A program made the position numbers and the translations under genes. This document shows, one piece after another, positions 51,842-62,552 of a stretch of 64,000 nt of DNA (its first letter is position 1; each line of letters starts with the position of its first letter). Source of the stretch: Candidatus Pelagibacter sp. (GTDB lineage Bacteria; Pseudomonadota; Alphaproteobacteria; Pelagibacterales; Pelagibacteraceae); the NCBI GenBank assembly GCA_045567235.1, contig JBJLDI010000047.1, positions 307-64,306 of the forward strand, given 5' to 3'. Under the pieces are notes generated by a model. That model worked only from the letters and a program-made list of their open reading frames with translations. It was not told the DNA's origin and made no database searches.

Positions 51842-52279
51842 TTATCTTTTCGAGAATTGAAAGCTTCTTCTAGCTTTTCTTCTACCAGGTTTTTTTCTTT
51901 CCACTGCCCTAGAATCTCTGGTAGTTAATTTTTCGGTTTTAAGAGTACTTTTAAAATTTTCATCAAACATTACTAAAGCTTTGGAAATACCATGAACCAT
52001 GGCTCCAGCTTGACCAGTTGGACCACCTCCACTAACATTGCATCTTACATCGTAATCTGTTGCTTGATTAATTATTTCAAAAGGTCTTGTTATTTGAAGA
52101 TGATGAAATTCACTTGAAAAGTATTCATTGAACAATTTACCATTAACATAAATTTTTCCTGAACCTTTTTTAACCCAAACTTTAGCTATAGAAGTTTTTC
52201 TTCTACCAGTAGCATATTTACTATCTTTAAAATCTAACTTTAATTTAGGCTTTTTTGTTGAAGTTTGAGGAGTATTCAT
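51842..52279 (-). CDS. rpsI: 30S ribosomal protein S9
   Basis: ATGRRK, GGGPTGQAGA, C-terminal QFSKR. Confidence 0.98.
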   Translation of the reverse strand: MNTPQTSTKKPKLKLDFKDSKYATGRRKTSIAKVWVKKGSGKIYVNGKLFNEYFSSEFHHLQITRPFEIINQATDYDVRCNVSGGGPTGQAGAMVHGISKALVMFDENFKSTLKTEKLTTRDSRAVERKKPGRRKARRSFQFSKR

Positions 52280-52281
52280 TT

Positions 52282-52740
52282 TTAATTTCTTACAATATTT
52301 TTGTTATTTAGATCTTTTAATTCAATAGTTTTTGGATTTTGTGCAGCATGAGGATGTTCATTACCTGAATATATTTTTAATTTTGTTAGCTGTTTTTTTC
52401 CCAAAACACCTCCTGGTAACATTCTTTTAACTGCAAGTTTTAATGCTTCACCTGGTTTTTTTATTGATAGTTTTTCAGGTGTTGTCTCTTTAATTCCACC
52501 TGGATGTCCTGTATGTCTATAATATTTTTTATTCTGAAATTTTTTTCCAGTAAATTTGATTTGCTCAATATTTTTAACTACAACAAAATCACCATCATCC
52601 ATATGAGGAGTAAAAGTTGTTTTATTTTTTCCTCTAATAATCTTTGAAATAACAGAGGCCAATCTACCTACAACAGCATTTTTAGCATCAATTTCAAACC
52701 AATTTGAATTAAGTTGATCTTTTTTTAAGAATTTTGTCAT
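52282..52740 (-). CDS. rplM: 50S ribosomal protein L13
   Basis: GRLAS, FTPHMDDGD, HTGHPGG, HPHAAQ. Confidence 0.98.
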   Translation of the reverse strand: MTKFLKKDQLNSNWFEIDAKNAVVGRLASVISKIIRGKNKTTFTPHMDDGDFVVVKNIEQIKFTGKKFQNKKYYRHTGHPGGIKETTPEKLSIKKPGEALKLAVKRMLPGGVLGKKQLTKLKIYSGNEHPHAAQNPKTIELKDLNNKNIVRN

Positions 52741-52826
52741 TGTGCGAGGATTAATACTATTATTAATTCCAAAGTCAATTTGATATTTTTATTGCAATTA
52801 TTACCTATTCTGATAAATTATGAATT

Positions 52827-52868
52827 GCCGATTTGATCCTATTGCGGGCTATAAACTGCTAAAAAGGA
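52827..52868 (+). promoter_or_regulatory. SAM-II-like riboswitch aptamer (first of tandem)
   Basis: GCCGATTTGATCCTATTGCGGGC...GCTAAAAAGGA: ATTTG, TTGC and GCTAAA elements with TCCT/AGGA pseudoknot pairing. Confidence 0.75.
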
Positions 52869-52887
52869 ATATTCACAAACATAATCG

Positions 52888-52944
52888 GTAGGCATTTGAA
52901 CTATATTGTGCGCCTTACATAAGTTAAAGCACTAAAAAAGGAGT
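52888..52944 (+). promoter_or_regulatory. SAM-V riboswitch aptamer overlapping the metY ribosome-binding site
   Basis: AGGCATTTGAACT..TTGTGCGCCT...GCACTAAAAAAGGAGT ending at AGGAG, 3 nt before ATG. Confidence 0.85.
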
Positions 52945-52947
52945 AAA

Positions 52948-54276
52948 ATGAAAAAGAAAAGAAATAACCCAGAAACTATAGCTATTCATGGGGGTGACTA
53001 TAGAAGTGATCCAGCGACTAATGCTGTTGCTGTGCCAATTTACAGAACTACATCTTATCAATTCAATAGTGTAGATCATGCTGCCAATCTCTTTGCACTC
53101 AAAGAATTTGGTAATATCTATACAAGAATAATGAACCCTACTAATGATGTATTGGAAAAAAGAATTGCTGCATTGGAAGGAGGTTTAGCTTGTTTAACTG
53201 TGTCATCTGGACAAACAGCATCATTATTTTCAGTATTAAATGTTGCGCAGTCGGGAGATAATATAGTTAGCTCAACTGATCTTTATGGTGGTACAGTATC
53301 TTTATTTACTCATACATTAAGTAAACTTGGTATTGAAATAAGATATGCTGATCCAAAAGATCCTAGTAATTTTGAAAAAGTAATTGATGATAAAACTAGA
53401 GCTTTTTATGGAGAAACTTTACCTAACCCTTATTTGCGTGTTTTTCCAATTAAAGAAGTTTCAGACATTGGTCGAAAATATAACATACCTTTAATAATGG
53501 ATAATACAGCTGCACCCGTATTGTGTAAGCCAATTGAACATGGGGCTGCTATAGTGATTCACTCTCTAACAAAATATATTGGAGGACATGGAACTGCAAT
53601 TGCTGGAAGTATTGTTGATAGTGGTAATTTTGATTGGACAGCAGATCCTAAGAGACAACCATTGTTTAACGAACCAGATGCTAGTTATAGTGGAGCTGTA
53701 TGGGGTAAAGTTGTTCCAGAACTCACAGGAGCAAATATTCCTTTTGCAGTTAGAGCAAGAGTTTGTTTATTAAGAGATTTAGGTTCAGCATGTTCGCCTG
53801 ATAATGCTTTTGCTATTATCCAAGGATTGGAAACTGTTGCTTTAAGAATGAAGCAACATTGTGCTAATGCAGAATATGTTGTTAATTTTCTTAAGAAACA
53901 TAAAGAGGTAACAAAAGTTATCTATTCTACGGAACACGAAAAACCTATTGCTGAAAGAGCTAAACAGTATCTAAAAGGTGGAAATGGTCCTATGGTGGGT
54001 ATTGAACTAAAAGGTGGTTTTGAGGCAGGTAAAAAATTTATAGAATCTTTAAAAATGTTTTATCATGTTGCTAATATTGGAGATGCTAGAAGTTTGGCTA
54101 TTCACCCGGCTAGTACAACACATAGCCAGTTAAATGATAAAGAACTTGCTGCTTCTGGAGTTACTCAAAATTATGTTAGATTATGTATCGGTTTAGAACA
54201 TATTGATGATATAGTTGAAGATCTTGACCAAGCCTTAAATAAGTCTTCAAAAGGAAATTTGAAAGCCGTTAGTTAA
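52948..54276 (+). CDS. metY: O-acetylhomoserine sulfhydrylase
   Basis: YTRIMNPT, DLYGGT, HSLTKYIGGHG (PLP Lys), ANIGDARSLAIHPASTTH. Confidence 0.94.
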   Translation: MKKKRNNPETIAIHGGDYRSDPATNAVAVPIYRTTSYQFNSVDHAANLFALKEFGNIYTRIMNPTNDVLEKRIAALEGGLACLTVSSGQTASLFSVLNVAQSGDNIVSSTDLYGGTVSLFTHTLSKLGIEIRYADPKDPSNFEKVIDDKTRAFYGETLPNPYLRVFPIKEVSDIGRKYNIPLIMDNTAAPVLCKPIEHGAAIVIHSLTKYIGGHGTAIAGSIVDSGNFDWTADPKRQPLFNEPDASYSGAVWGKVVPELTGANIPFAVRARVCLLRDLGSACSPDNAFAIIQGLETVALRMKQHCANAEYVVNFLKKHKEVTKVIYSTEHEKPIAERAKQYLKGGNGPMVGIELKGGFEAGKKFIESLKMFYHVANIGDARSLAIHPASTTHSQLNDKELAASGVTQNYVRLCIGLEHIDDIVEDLDQALNKSSKGNLKAVS

Positions 54277-55285
54277 ATTTTGTGTTTAAATAGAAAAAAT
54301 AAACACAAGAACTAACTAAGAAAATTGAACTTAATTGGTGCATAGATGAAATATAGATTTGTGCACCATATAAAATAGTAAAAATTCCTAAAATAATTTG
54401 TAATATTATAAAAAAGCCTAAAATATTTACAGATTTGTACAAATCATAAAACTTATTTTTATATATTTTGTAAAATATATATAAATAAAAAATACCTATT
54501 ATATAGGCTAGATTTCTGTGAATAAATTGTACTAAAGATGGTTCACTTAAAGATGATAATTTAAATAAATTATTTAAACTATTGTCATCTGGAAAGTACG
54601 TATTACCCATTAAGGGCCAAGAATTATAAATTTTTCCAGCATCCATACCTGACACAAATGCCCCAAAAATTATTTGTAAAAAAATAAGAATTAAAAAAAA
54701 GAATGGTATTAATGGATTAATTTTATTTAATATATTGTTACTTACTTTTATTTTAAGATAATTCCAAAAAATCAAAGATAATATCAAAAATGCAATTATC
54801 AAATGAACTGAAAGTCTAAAATGACTAACATCTACCCTATCAACTAGACCACTGCTAACCATGTACCAACCTATAAATCCTTGAAAACATATTAAAATAA
54901 AAATAAAATATAGATTGAATAAGTTTGAAATTTTTATTTTAATTGAAAAATATATTAAAGGTATTAAAAATCCAATACCAATTAATCTTCCAAGAAAACG
55001 ATGTGCCCACTCCCACCAAAAAATTATCTTGAATTCTTGCATACTCATATTAAAATTTTGTAATTTAAATTCAGGGATTTCTTTATAAAGATTAAAATAC
55101 AATACCCAATCATTCTGATTAAGAGGTGGAAATAACCCTGAAAATAATTGCCATTCAGTTATAGATAGTCCTGAATCAGTTAGTCTTGTTAATCCACCAA
55201 CTACTATCATGATTGATACAATCCAAAACATTGTGATTAACCAAATTGATAATTGATTATTAATTTTAGTATTTACTGTATACAT
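54269..55285 (-). CDS. ctaA: Heme A synthase (COX15/CtaA)
   Basis: VGGLTRLTDSGLSITEW, WEWAHRFLGR, VQFIHR. Confidence 0.94.
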   Translation of the reverse strand: MYTVNTKINNQLSIWLITMFWIVSIMIVVGGLTRLTDSGLSITEWQLFSGLFPPLNQNDWVLYFNLYKEIPEFKLQNFNMSMQEFKIIFWWEWAHRFLGRLIGIGFLIPLIYFSIKIKISNLFNLYFIFILICFQGFIGWYMVSSGLVDRVDVSHFRLSVHLIIAFLILSLIFWNYLKIKVSNNILNKINPLIPFFFLILIFLQIIFGAFVSGMDAGKIYNSWPLMGNTYFPDDNSLNNLFKLSSLSEPSLVQFIHRNLAYIIGIFYLYIFYKIYKNKFYDLYKSVNILGFFIILQIILGIFTILYGAQIYISSMHQLSSIFLVSSCVYFFYLNTKFN

Positions 55286-55328
55286 AATCGGATAAATATA
55301 ATAATTTTTTCAATATCCAAATATATAA

Positions 55329-55619
55329 ATGTCGCCATTAAAAAGAAAAAAACTAAGTAAAATTAGATTTGAATTAGACAAATTAGATAATTCTCTAATA
55401 AAAGTGATCAAAAAAAGAACAAACTTAGTTAAAAAAGTTCTAGCTCTTAAAGATAAAAAAAATCAAATTATTGATCAAAAAAGAATTAAGAAAATACTCA
55501 ATAACATAAAAAAAAAATCTCTTAGAAATAATATTGATCCAAAAATAACTAATCGAATTTGGAAAAATATGATCTGGGCTTACATAGATTTTGAAAAACG
55601 GAACTTTAAAAAGAAGTAA
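55329..55619 (+). CDS. Chorismate mutase type II (AroQ/PchB-like)
   Basis: LSKIRFELDKLDNSL..KR, IIDQKR helical pattern. Confidence 0.85.
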   Translation: MSPLKRKKLSKIRFELDKLDNSLIKVIKKRTNLVKKVLALKDKKNQIIDQKRIKKILNNIKKKSLRNNIDPKITNRIWKNMIWAYIDFEKRNFKKK

Positions 55620-55811
55620 TTATTTACTATGTGGAGGAAGTTTTTTTTCAACAAAAACTTCATGTTTCCTTGTTGCTGGATTATATTTCTTAACTTTTAA
55701 TTTAACTTTTGCTTTTTCACCTCCAGCTGGTTTTTTTACATAATAAAAAAATGGACTGTCAGGTTTTTCTTCAGGAACTAGTCTAACTTTAACGTGTGTT
55801 TTTTTGGCCAT
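55620..55811 (-). CDS. rpmG: 50S ribosomal protein L33
   Basis: KLKVKKYNPATRKHEVFVEKK. Confidence 0.93.
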   Translation of the reverse strand: MAKKTHVKVRLVPEEKPDSPFFYYVKKPAGGEKAKVKLKVKKYNPATRKHEVFVEKKLPPHSK

Positions 55812-55812
55812 A

Positions 55813-56190
55813 TTATTTAATATTTTTTAAATCTTTTATAATTTTTGAAATATTTGAAATTTTATTTCTCAAATTATAAGTTCTTATAGATTTATTTGAA
55901 ATTTCGTCAAGATGATTTGAATGCCCTTTATTAAGGATTTTTTTTACACCATTAATTGTCATGCCTTGTTCTTTTAAGAGAAACTTTATTTTCTTCAATA
56001 AATCTATGTTAGATTTATTATAGTATCTTCTATTGCCAGATAATATTTTAGGTTTAATCTGTTTAAATTCTTTTTCCCAATATCTAATAGTATGAGTTGA
56101 CGTCTTATTTCCAGATCTAGTTTTAAGGTCTAATATCTCTACCACTTCACCTATTGTCTTATAAGCTTGATCAGATTTATTCATTGACAT
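55813..56190 (-). CDS. MerR family transcriptional regulator
   Basis: YKTIGEV, HTIRYWEKEF, GNRRYY, GMTINGV; follows ihfA. Confidence 0.9.
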   Translation of the reverse strand: MSMNKSDQAYKTIGEVVEILDLKTRSGNKTSTHTIRYWEKEFKQIKPKILSGNRRYYNKSNIDLLKKIKFLLKEQGMTINGVKKILNKGHSNHLDEISNKSIRTYNLRNKISNISKIIKDLKNIK

Positions 56191-56476
56191 TTAAATTAAT
56201 AAAATCTTTAAACTCTTTAGATGGTTTAAATAAAACTACATTTCTTTCATCAATCATTTTTTCTTCTTTTGTTTTTGGATTTCTTCCAAGTCTTGATTTT
56301 TTTTGTCTTAGAATAAATGTACCGAATTTAGAGAGCTTAAGAGTTTTTTCTTTTAATAAATTGTCACTAATAGTTTGAAAAAAATCATCAATTAAATTTT
56401 CAGATATTAGTTTTGAAAAACCTAATTGCATATAAACCAAATTAACTAAATCTTTTTTAGTTAAATTTATTCTCAT
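56177..56476 (-). CDS. ihfA: Integration host factor alpha subunit
   Basis: LTKKDL, LKLSKFGTF, RLGRNPKT, VVLFKPS; plsX-ihfA-merR synteny. Confidence 0.9.
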   Translation of the reverse strand: MRINLTKKDLVNLVYMQLGFSKLISENLIDDFFQTISDNLLKEKTLKLSKFGTFILRQKKSRLGRNPKTKEEKMIDERNVVLFKPSKEFKDFINLNVNE

Positions 56477-56478
56477 AA

Positions 56479-57480
56479 TTAAATATTTCTTTTAATCTTA
56501 TCGATTAAATTACCTTTAATTATTCTACAACAAACATCAAGTGAATTTGAAAAACCAATATAGTCAGTACCACCATGGCTTTTTACTACAGGTGAGTCTA
56601 AACCTATAAATATTGCTCCATTATACAATCTTGGATCTAATCTTTTTTTAAACTTCTTTAAATTTGAAAAATTCAATAATGAGGAAATTTTGCCAATAAT
56701 TGTTCCACCTAAAGCTTTTTTAAGTTCGCCAGTCATAAAATTTGCAGTTCCCTCTGCTGTTTTAAGAGCAACATTACCAGTGAAACCATCTGCAACTATT
56801 ACATTTACATCACCATTCATCAATTGGTTTCCTTCTATATAACCATCAAAACTAAAATCTTGATTTTTCTTTTCATTTAATTTTTTGTTCGTTTCTTTTA
56901 TTATTTCATTACCTTTAAGTTCCTCCGAACCGATATTTAATAATGCTACATGTGGTGTTTCATCAGGATATAAAGATTTATATAAAGATGCACCCATTAC
57001 TGAAAAATCAAATAAATTTTTTGAACTACATTCAATATTAGCACCAAGATCTAATACAACACTCATCCCTTTTTTATTAGGCCATAATGCTGATAAAGCT
57101 GGTTTATCAATATTTTCGATCATTTTAAGATTCAATTTTGATATAACTAATAATGCGCCAGTATTACCTGCAGAAATAACTATATCGCAATCCTTGTTTT
57201 TAACACTTTCAACAGCGAGCCACATGCTAGTATCTTTCCCTCTTTTTGCACCTTCTAACGGACTATCTTCACTCGAAACTTTATTTAAAGTATTAACTAT
57301 TTGATAATTTTTTTTATCAATCTTATTTTCAATATAACTAATAATTTTTTTTTCATCTCCAAAAATTTTATAAAAAATATTTTTATCTTTTGAATAATGA
57401 TGAATAATACCATCAATAATTTTTTTCGGTGAATTATCACCTCCCATTGCATCAACTGCAATTTTAATCATGGAAGACAT
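56479..57480 (-). CDS. plsX: Phosphate acyltransferase PlsX
   Basis: AVDAMGGD, SAGNTGA, LDLGAN, LNIGSEELKG, DGFTGN, KSHG. Confidence 0.96.
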   Translation of the reverse strand: MSSMIKIAVDAMGGDNSPKKIIDGIIHHYSKDKNIFYKIFGDEKKIISYIENKIDKKNYQIVNTLNKVSSEDSPLEGAKRGKDTSMWLAVESVKNKDCDIVISAGNTGALLVISKLNLKMIENIDKPALSALWPNKKGMSVVLDLGANIECSSKNLFDFSVMGASLYKSLYPDETPHVALLNIGSEELKGNEIIKETNKKLNEKKNQDFSFDGYIEGNQLMNGDVNVIVADGFTGNVALKTAEGTANFMTGELKKALGGTIIGKISSLLNFSNLKKFKKRLDPRLYNGAIFIGLDSPVVKSHGGTDYIGFSNSLDVCCRIIKGNLIDKIKRNI

Positions 57481-57493
57481 TAGTAAATATTAG

Positions 57494-57676
57494 TTATTCT
57501 TTTGGGTCTAAAACTTGACGACCTTTGTACATACCTGTTTTTAAATCTAAGTGATGTGAGAGTCTGTATTCTCCAGATTTCTTATCCTCAACAACATTTT
57601 TAGATGAAAACTTCATATTTTGAGCTCTTCTCATTCCAGTTCTTGACGGGGTTTGTTTTCGTTTTGGTACAGCCAT
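57494..57676 (-). CDS. rpmF: 50S ribosomal protein L32
   Basis: [23 protein letters not shown]. Confidence 0.96.
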   Translation of the reverse strand: MAVPKRKQTPSRTGMRRAQNMKFSSKNVVEDKKSGEYRLSHHLDLKTGMYKGRQVLDPKE

Positions 57677-57678
57677 AA

Positions 57679-58149
57679 TTAGTGACTAATTACACTTTTT
57701 AAATAAGAATTCAAATTATTTTTTGAAAGATGCACACTAAAATTGTTGAAATAATCAACTAAATATTCAATATCATCAAAATTCTGTAAAAATTTTGATA
57801 GCATTTCTTTTTTTTTTATAAATTCCAGTTTATGCCAAAAATGTATATCAGAAATAATAGCATGAAATAAATTAATGTAATCTTTCATTTTTTTGTTAAT
57901 AGATTGATCTCCATAACCTATTTCTCTAATGCTTAGTTCTAGTTGTCTAAAATTAAAATCATATAATTCTTGTAATTTTTTCTCATTTTTATCGTTTTTA
58001 AATTCTTTTAAAATAAATGCAAAATGTAGTAAGAATAAAGTTAATCTATCACTAAAATTATCTTGTTTATTCAAAACATGTTTATATAGAGATTTATTAG
58101 TGGTTAATTTTATCAAATTATTATAAAAATTGAGATATTCAGTATTCAT
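57679..58149 (-). CDS. Ubiquinol-cytochrome c chaperone (Cbp3/UQCC1 family)
   Basis: [31 protein letters not shown]; start at ATG 58149 chosen to limit overlap with bamE. Confidence 0.75.
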   Translation of the reverse strand: MNTEYLNFYNNLIKLTTNKSLYKHVLNKQDNFSDRLTLFLLHFAFILKEFKNDKNEKKLQELYDFNFRQLELSIREIGYGDQSINKKMKDYINLFHAIISDIHFWHKLEFIKKKEMLSKFLQNFDDIEYLVDYFNNFSVHLSKNNLNSYLKSVISH

Positions 58150-58611
58150 GAAAAAATTATTATTACTATCATTAATATTTTTAGCAAGTTGTTCTTTAGA
58201 CAAAGTTGTCCAACATCATGGAGTGCATAACTTAGAAAAAAAACAAGCTAAACTAAAAATTAATTACACAAATAAAAATGATATAATTGAACTAATAGGC
58301 CCTCCTTCGACTAAAAGCTCTTTTGATAACGATATATACATATACTTAGAGCGCAAAACAAGCAGCTCTAGACTTACTAGATTGGGAAAAAAAAGATTAA
58401 TTAATAAAATGATGTGTTAGTTCTTGAAATTGATAATACTGGAATTCTTTTAAGTAAAAAATTTTATAACAAAGATGATATGAATGAGATTAAGTTTGAT
58501 GAAAATATAACTGGGGTTAATTATTCAAAAAGATCTTTTATATATAATTTTTTAAGCTCTATAAGACAAAAAATTGATGATCCTCTTGGTAAAAAGAGGA
58601 TCAAAAATTAG
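58148..58611 (+). CDS. bamE: Outer membrane assembly lipoprotein BamE (frameshift near 58405)
   Basis: [15 protein letters not shown] lipobox, LIGPPS, YIY; continues as DVLVLEIDNTG... in the 58414-58611 frame. Confidence 0.8.
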
Positions 58612-58622
58612 TTGGGTTAATG

Positions 58623-60728
58623 TTATCCAGCTATGACTGCCAATAACAATAAAGCAACAATATTTGTAATTTTTATCATGGGATTGACCGCAGGTCCGGC
58701 TGTGTCTTTATAGGGATCACCTACAGTATCACCTGTTACTGCAGCTTTATGTGCTTCAGAACCTTTTCCACCATGATTACCATCCTCAATATATTTTTTT
58801 GCATTGTCCCATGCACCACCACCGGCAGTCATGGATACTGCAACAAACAAACCAGTAATAATTACACCAAGTAACATCGCACCAACTGCAGCTAAAGCTG
58901 CTACCTGACCACCAATAGTTAAAATTATAAAATAAAGTACAACAGGTGAAAGTACAGGAAGTAAAGATGGTATAATCATTTCTTTAATTGCTGCAACTGT
59001 CAAGAGGTCAACCAATTTAGCATAATCAGGCTTCTGTTTTCTTTTCATAATACCTGGGAATTTTTTAAATTGTCTTCTTACTTCAACTACTACAGCACCT
59101 CCTGCTCTACCAACTGCTTGCATACCCATGGAACCAAATAAATAAGGTAACATTCCACCAATCAATAAACCAACTACAACATAGGGGTTTGATAAATCAA
59201 AAGTAACAGTTATTCCTTCTAATTTTGAACCAGCTACACCGGAGAAATGTTTAATATCCTCTACATATGCAGCAAATAAAACTAATGCACCAAGACCAGC
59301 AGAACCAATAGCATAACCTTTAGTTACTGCTTTTGTTGTGTTACCCACAGCATCTAAAGCATCAGTTGTTTTTCTAACTTTTTTATCAAGATTAGACATT
59401 TCAGCGATACCACCAGCATTATCAGTTACAGGTCCGTACGCATCCAAAGCAACGACCATTCCTGCTAGAGCAAGCATTGTTGTAACTGCAATTGCAATAC
59501 CAAAAAGTCCAGCAATAAAATTAGTAGTTAGAATACCTGCAACAATAATTAAAGCTGGTATTGCTGTAGCCTCCATTGAAATAGCTAAACCCTGAATTAC
59601 ATTAGTTCCATGACCTGTTGTGGAAGATGCAGCAACAGATTTAACAGGTCTGTAATTAGTACCTGTATAGTATTCTGTAATCCAGATCAATAAACCTGTA
59701 ATTACCAAACCTATTATCCCACAATAATACAAATTCATTCCATTAAAAGTTTTATCATTAACTGTATATTCAGTTGTAAAACCAATTACATAATCAGTAA
59801 CTGGGTACAAGATTGCTATTGAAGCTAGTGCAGAAACTACAAAACCTTTATAGAGGGCATTCATTACATTTTTGCTATTACCTAACTTTACAAAAAAAGT
59901 TCCTAAAATTGAAGTTAAGATACATGCTCCACCAATTGTAAGTGGATAAATCATCATGTTCATATCACCTTGAAAGAAAATTGAAGATAAAACCATAGTT
60001 GCTACTATTGTAACTGCGTAAGTTTCAAACAAATCAGCAGCCATACCTGCACAATCACCTACATTATCACCAACATTGTCAGCAATAACTGCTGGGTTTC
60101 TTGGATCATCTTCTGGAATTCCTGCTTCTACTTTACCAACTAAATCAGCACCTACGTCAGCGCCTTTTGTAAATATACCTCCACCAAGTCTTGCAAAAAT
60201 TGAAATTAGAGAAGCACCAAAACCTAATGCTACAAGAGCATTAACAATTTCTCTTTCATCAACATTAAATTTAATTAACAAATAGTAGTAAACTGCTATA
60301 GCTAAAAGTGCTAATCCAGCCACTAACATTCCAGTTACAGCACCAGATTTAAATGCAACAGACAAACCTTGAGCCAGGCCTTTTCTTGATGCTTCAGCAG
60401 TTCTTACATTTGCTTCTACAGAAACTAACATACCTACATAACCAGCAATTCCTGATAGTGCAGCCCCTATCAAGTAACCAAGACCTACCAAAGGGCTAAA
60501 AGCAACACTTACAATTACTAAAACAACAATACCCACAATTGAGATGGTTTTGTATTGTCTGGCAAGGTAAGCTTTTGCACCAATTTGAATTGCTGATGCA
60601 ATATCTTGCATTTTAGCATTACCCGCACTTTGATTTAAAATATTTTTTCCAGTAAAAAATCCATAAACAATAGACAATAAACCAGCTGCAATAGTGTATA
60701 ATAATATCGTTTCGACTGTAGAGCTCAT
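58623..60728 (-). CDS. hppA: Membrane-bound H+-translocating pyrophosphatase, K+-independent type
   Basis: [36 protein letters not shown]; GNTTKA has the Lys of K+-independent enzymes. Confidence 0.95.
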   Translation of the reverse strand: MSSTVETILLYTIAAGLLSIVYGFFTGKNILNQSAGNAKMQDIASAIQIGAKAYLARQYKTISIVGIVVLVIVSVAFSPLVGLGYLIGAALSGIAGYVGMLVSVEANVRTAEASRKGLAQGLSVAFKSGAVTGMLVAGLALLAIAVYYYLLIKFNVDEREIVNALVALGFGASLISIFARLGGGIFTKGADVGADLVGKVEAGIPEDDPRNPAVIADNVGDNVGDCAGMAADLFETYAVTIVATMVLSSIFFQGDMNMMIYPLTIGGACILTSILGTFFVKLGNSKNVMNALYKGFVVSALASIAILYPVTDYVIGFTTEYTVNDKTFNGMNLYYCGIIGLVITGLLIWITEYYTGTNYRPVKSVAASSTTGHGTNVIQGLAISMEATAIPALIIVAGILTTNFIAGLFGIAIAVTTMLALAGMVVALDAYGPVTDNAGGIAEMSNLDKKVRKTTDALDAVGNTTKAVTKGYAIGSAGLGALVLFAAYVEDIKHFSGVAGSKLEGITVTFDLSNPYVVVGLLIGGMLPYLFGSMGMQAVGRAGGAVVVEVRRQFKKFPGIMKRKQKPDYAKLVDLLTVAAIKEMIIPSLLPVLSPVVLYFIILTIGGQVAALAAVGAMLLGVIITGLFVAVSMTAGGGAWDNAKKYIEDGNHGGKGSEAHKAAVTGDTVGDPYKDTAGPAVNPMIKITNIVALLLLAVIAG

Positions 60729-60806
60729 ATAAACCTTAAGGTTGTTAGTTGTTAAATTTTAAGCCCGGACAATACAAAAAAAGCTAAAAAAGACAATAAT
60801 TAACTT

Positions 60807-61766
60807 TTAAAATTGATGTTTATAACCTTTGTTTTTAATCACTATTTGCTTACCTTTTTGACCAATTACAATTGATTTTTTATTATCAGAGGTAATTTTA
60901 CCAATCTTAGTAATTTTAATTCCAAGATTTTTAGATATTTGGCTGATGATTCTAGCTTTAATAGGACTTGATGTAAAAAGTATCTGATAATCGTCTCCTT
61001 GAGATATTAAATTGGATTTATCTAACTTTTTTTTTTTAATCAAATTTAATAAGTTTTTTGATATAGGCACATCACCAACATTAATTTCATAAGATAAATT
61101 TTGTTTATTAATCATTTTCTCAATATCAGCAACTAAACCATCCGATATATCTATTGATGTATTTGCGTATTTAAATAAAGTTTTAGTTAATCTGATTTGA
61201 ATATTGGGATGATAATATTTGTTAACAAAATAATCTTTTATTTTTGTTTGAACTTTAATTTTACTTTTCAAAATTTGAAGGCCAATATAACTGTCACCTA
61301 AATTTCCTGTTACATAAATATCGTCATTACATTTAGCTTTATTTCGATAAATTATATCATTTGAATAACCAACGGATGTGACAGAAAAACTTAATTTATT
61401 TGAAAAAGTAGTATCACCACCACACAATAAAATCTTATATTTGTTTTGCTCATGTTTTAATGATTTTGAAATTTTTAATAAATTTTTTTTTGAAAATGTT
61501 TTTTTATTTCCCGATCCTGAAATAAAATAAAATTTTGGTAATACCCCTTTACAAACTAAATCTGATATTGAAGATCTAATGATCTTTTTAATCACCAAAT
61601 CTGGTTTATTGAAATCTAAAAAATGACTATATTCATTGTATGTATCTATAGAAATAACTAGGCCTTTTTTTTTATCAAAAAAAACGTCATCATTTAAATC
61701 TAAGGATGATTTATTTAACTTGGATAATTTTGAAAAATATTTATTAATTAATTCAAATTCATGCAT
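60807..61766 (-). CDS. thiL: Thiamine-monophosphate kinase
   Basis: EFELI, DD, GGDT, VTGNLGDS, IDISDGL, GDDYQILF; follows nusB. Confidence 0.9.
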   Translation of the reverse strand: MHEFELINKYFSKLSKLNKSSLDLNDDVFFDKKKGLVISIDTYNEYSHFLDFNKPDLVIKKIIRSSISDLVCKGVLPKFYFISGSGNKKTFSKKNLLKISKSLKHEQNKYKILLCGGDTTFSNKLSFSVTSVGYSNDIIYRNKAKCNDDIYVTGNLGDSYIGLQILKSKIKVQTKIKDYFVNKYYHPNIQIRLTKTLFKYANTSIDISDGLVADIEKMINKQNLSYEINVGDVPISKNLLNLIKKKKLDKSNLISQGDDYQILFTSSPIKARIISQISKNLGIKITKIGKITSDNKKSIVIGQKGKQIVIKNKGYKHQF

Positions 61767-62163
61767 CAGAAGTTCTTAGCTTTTTTCCAATATTGTCAAG
61801 TAAAGCATTTAAATATTTTGTTTGGGAGTCCTCTAAGAAAAAATTTGATGAGTCTAAATATTCTTTAATTATTATATTAATAGATGTATTTGGTTTATAC
61901 AAAAGCTCATAAGTAGCAGCTTTTAAAATTGTTTGAAAAACTTTATCAAGGTTTTCAAAAACAAATTTATCACCTAGTTTACTTTTTAATTCATCTAATA
62001 TTAAATCATTTCTTTCAATAGTGCCTAAAACAATATCTTTAATGAATTTTTTAAATCTATGTTTAGGAAATTCTACATTATTATCTTCATTAATAAATTT
62101 TCCATATAATTTTTGAATTATGATCACTCTAGGATTATTATTAGGATTAAAATGAGTTTTCAT
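61759..62163 (-). CDS. nusB: Transcription antitermination factor NusB
   Basis: ILKAATYEL, IIIKEY, YLNALLD; ribH-nusB-thiL synteny. Confidence 0.9.
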   Translation of the reverse strand: MKTHFNPNNNPRVIIIQKLYGKFINEDNNVEFPKHRFKKFIKDIVLGTIERNDLILDELKSKLGDKFVFENLDKVFQTILKAATYELLYKPNTSINIIIKEYLDSSNFFLEDSQTKYLNALLDNIGKKLRTSDA

Positions 62164-62552
62164 TTTTGTAATAATATAGAAATCACAGCCTTGGCAGCTT
62201 CTGCACCTTTATTTTTTCTTGCTTTGGCTTGACGCATGTTAAGACAAGTTATTATTCCATTACCTACAGGTTTTTTATTATTTATTGATAAATCCATTAT
62301 TGCATTAGTAGATGCTTGTGAAATAAAATCAAAATGAGGTGTTTCACCTTTAATGACACATCCAAGTGCTAAAAAACCATCAAATTTTTTAATATTTTTT
62401 GAAATTATTACAGGAATTTCAAATACCCCAGGTACTTTAATAATTTTGATAAAATTAGATTTAGGAATTGACTTTAAAGCACTATCAAGAAGCCCCTTAG
62501 CAATGTCTTTATAATAATCGGCTATAACTATCAAATATTTTTTTTTCATCAT
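62160..62552 (-). CDS. ribH: Lumazine synthase
   Basis: VPGVFEIP, LGCVIKGETPHF, GNGIIT, NKGAEAA. Confidence 0.95.
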   Translation of the reverse strand: MMKKKYLIVIADYYKDIAKGLLDSALKSIPKSNFIKIIKVPGVFEIPVIISKNIKKFDGFLALGCVIKGETPHFDFISQASTNAIMDLSINNKKPVGNGIITCLNMRQAKARKNKGAEAAKAVISILLQK

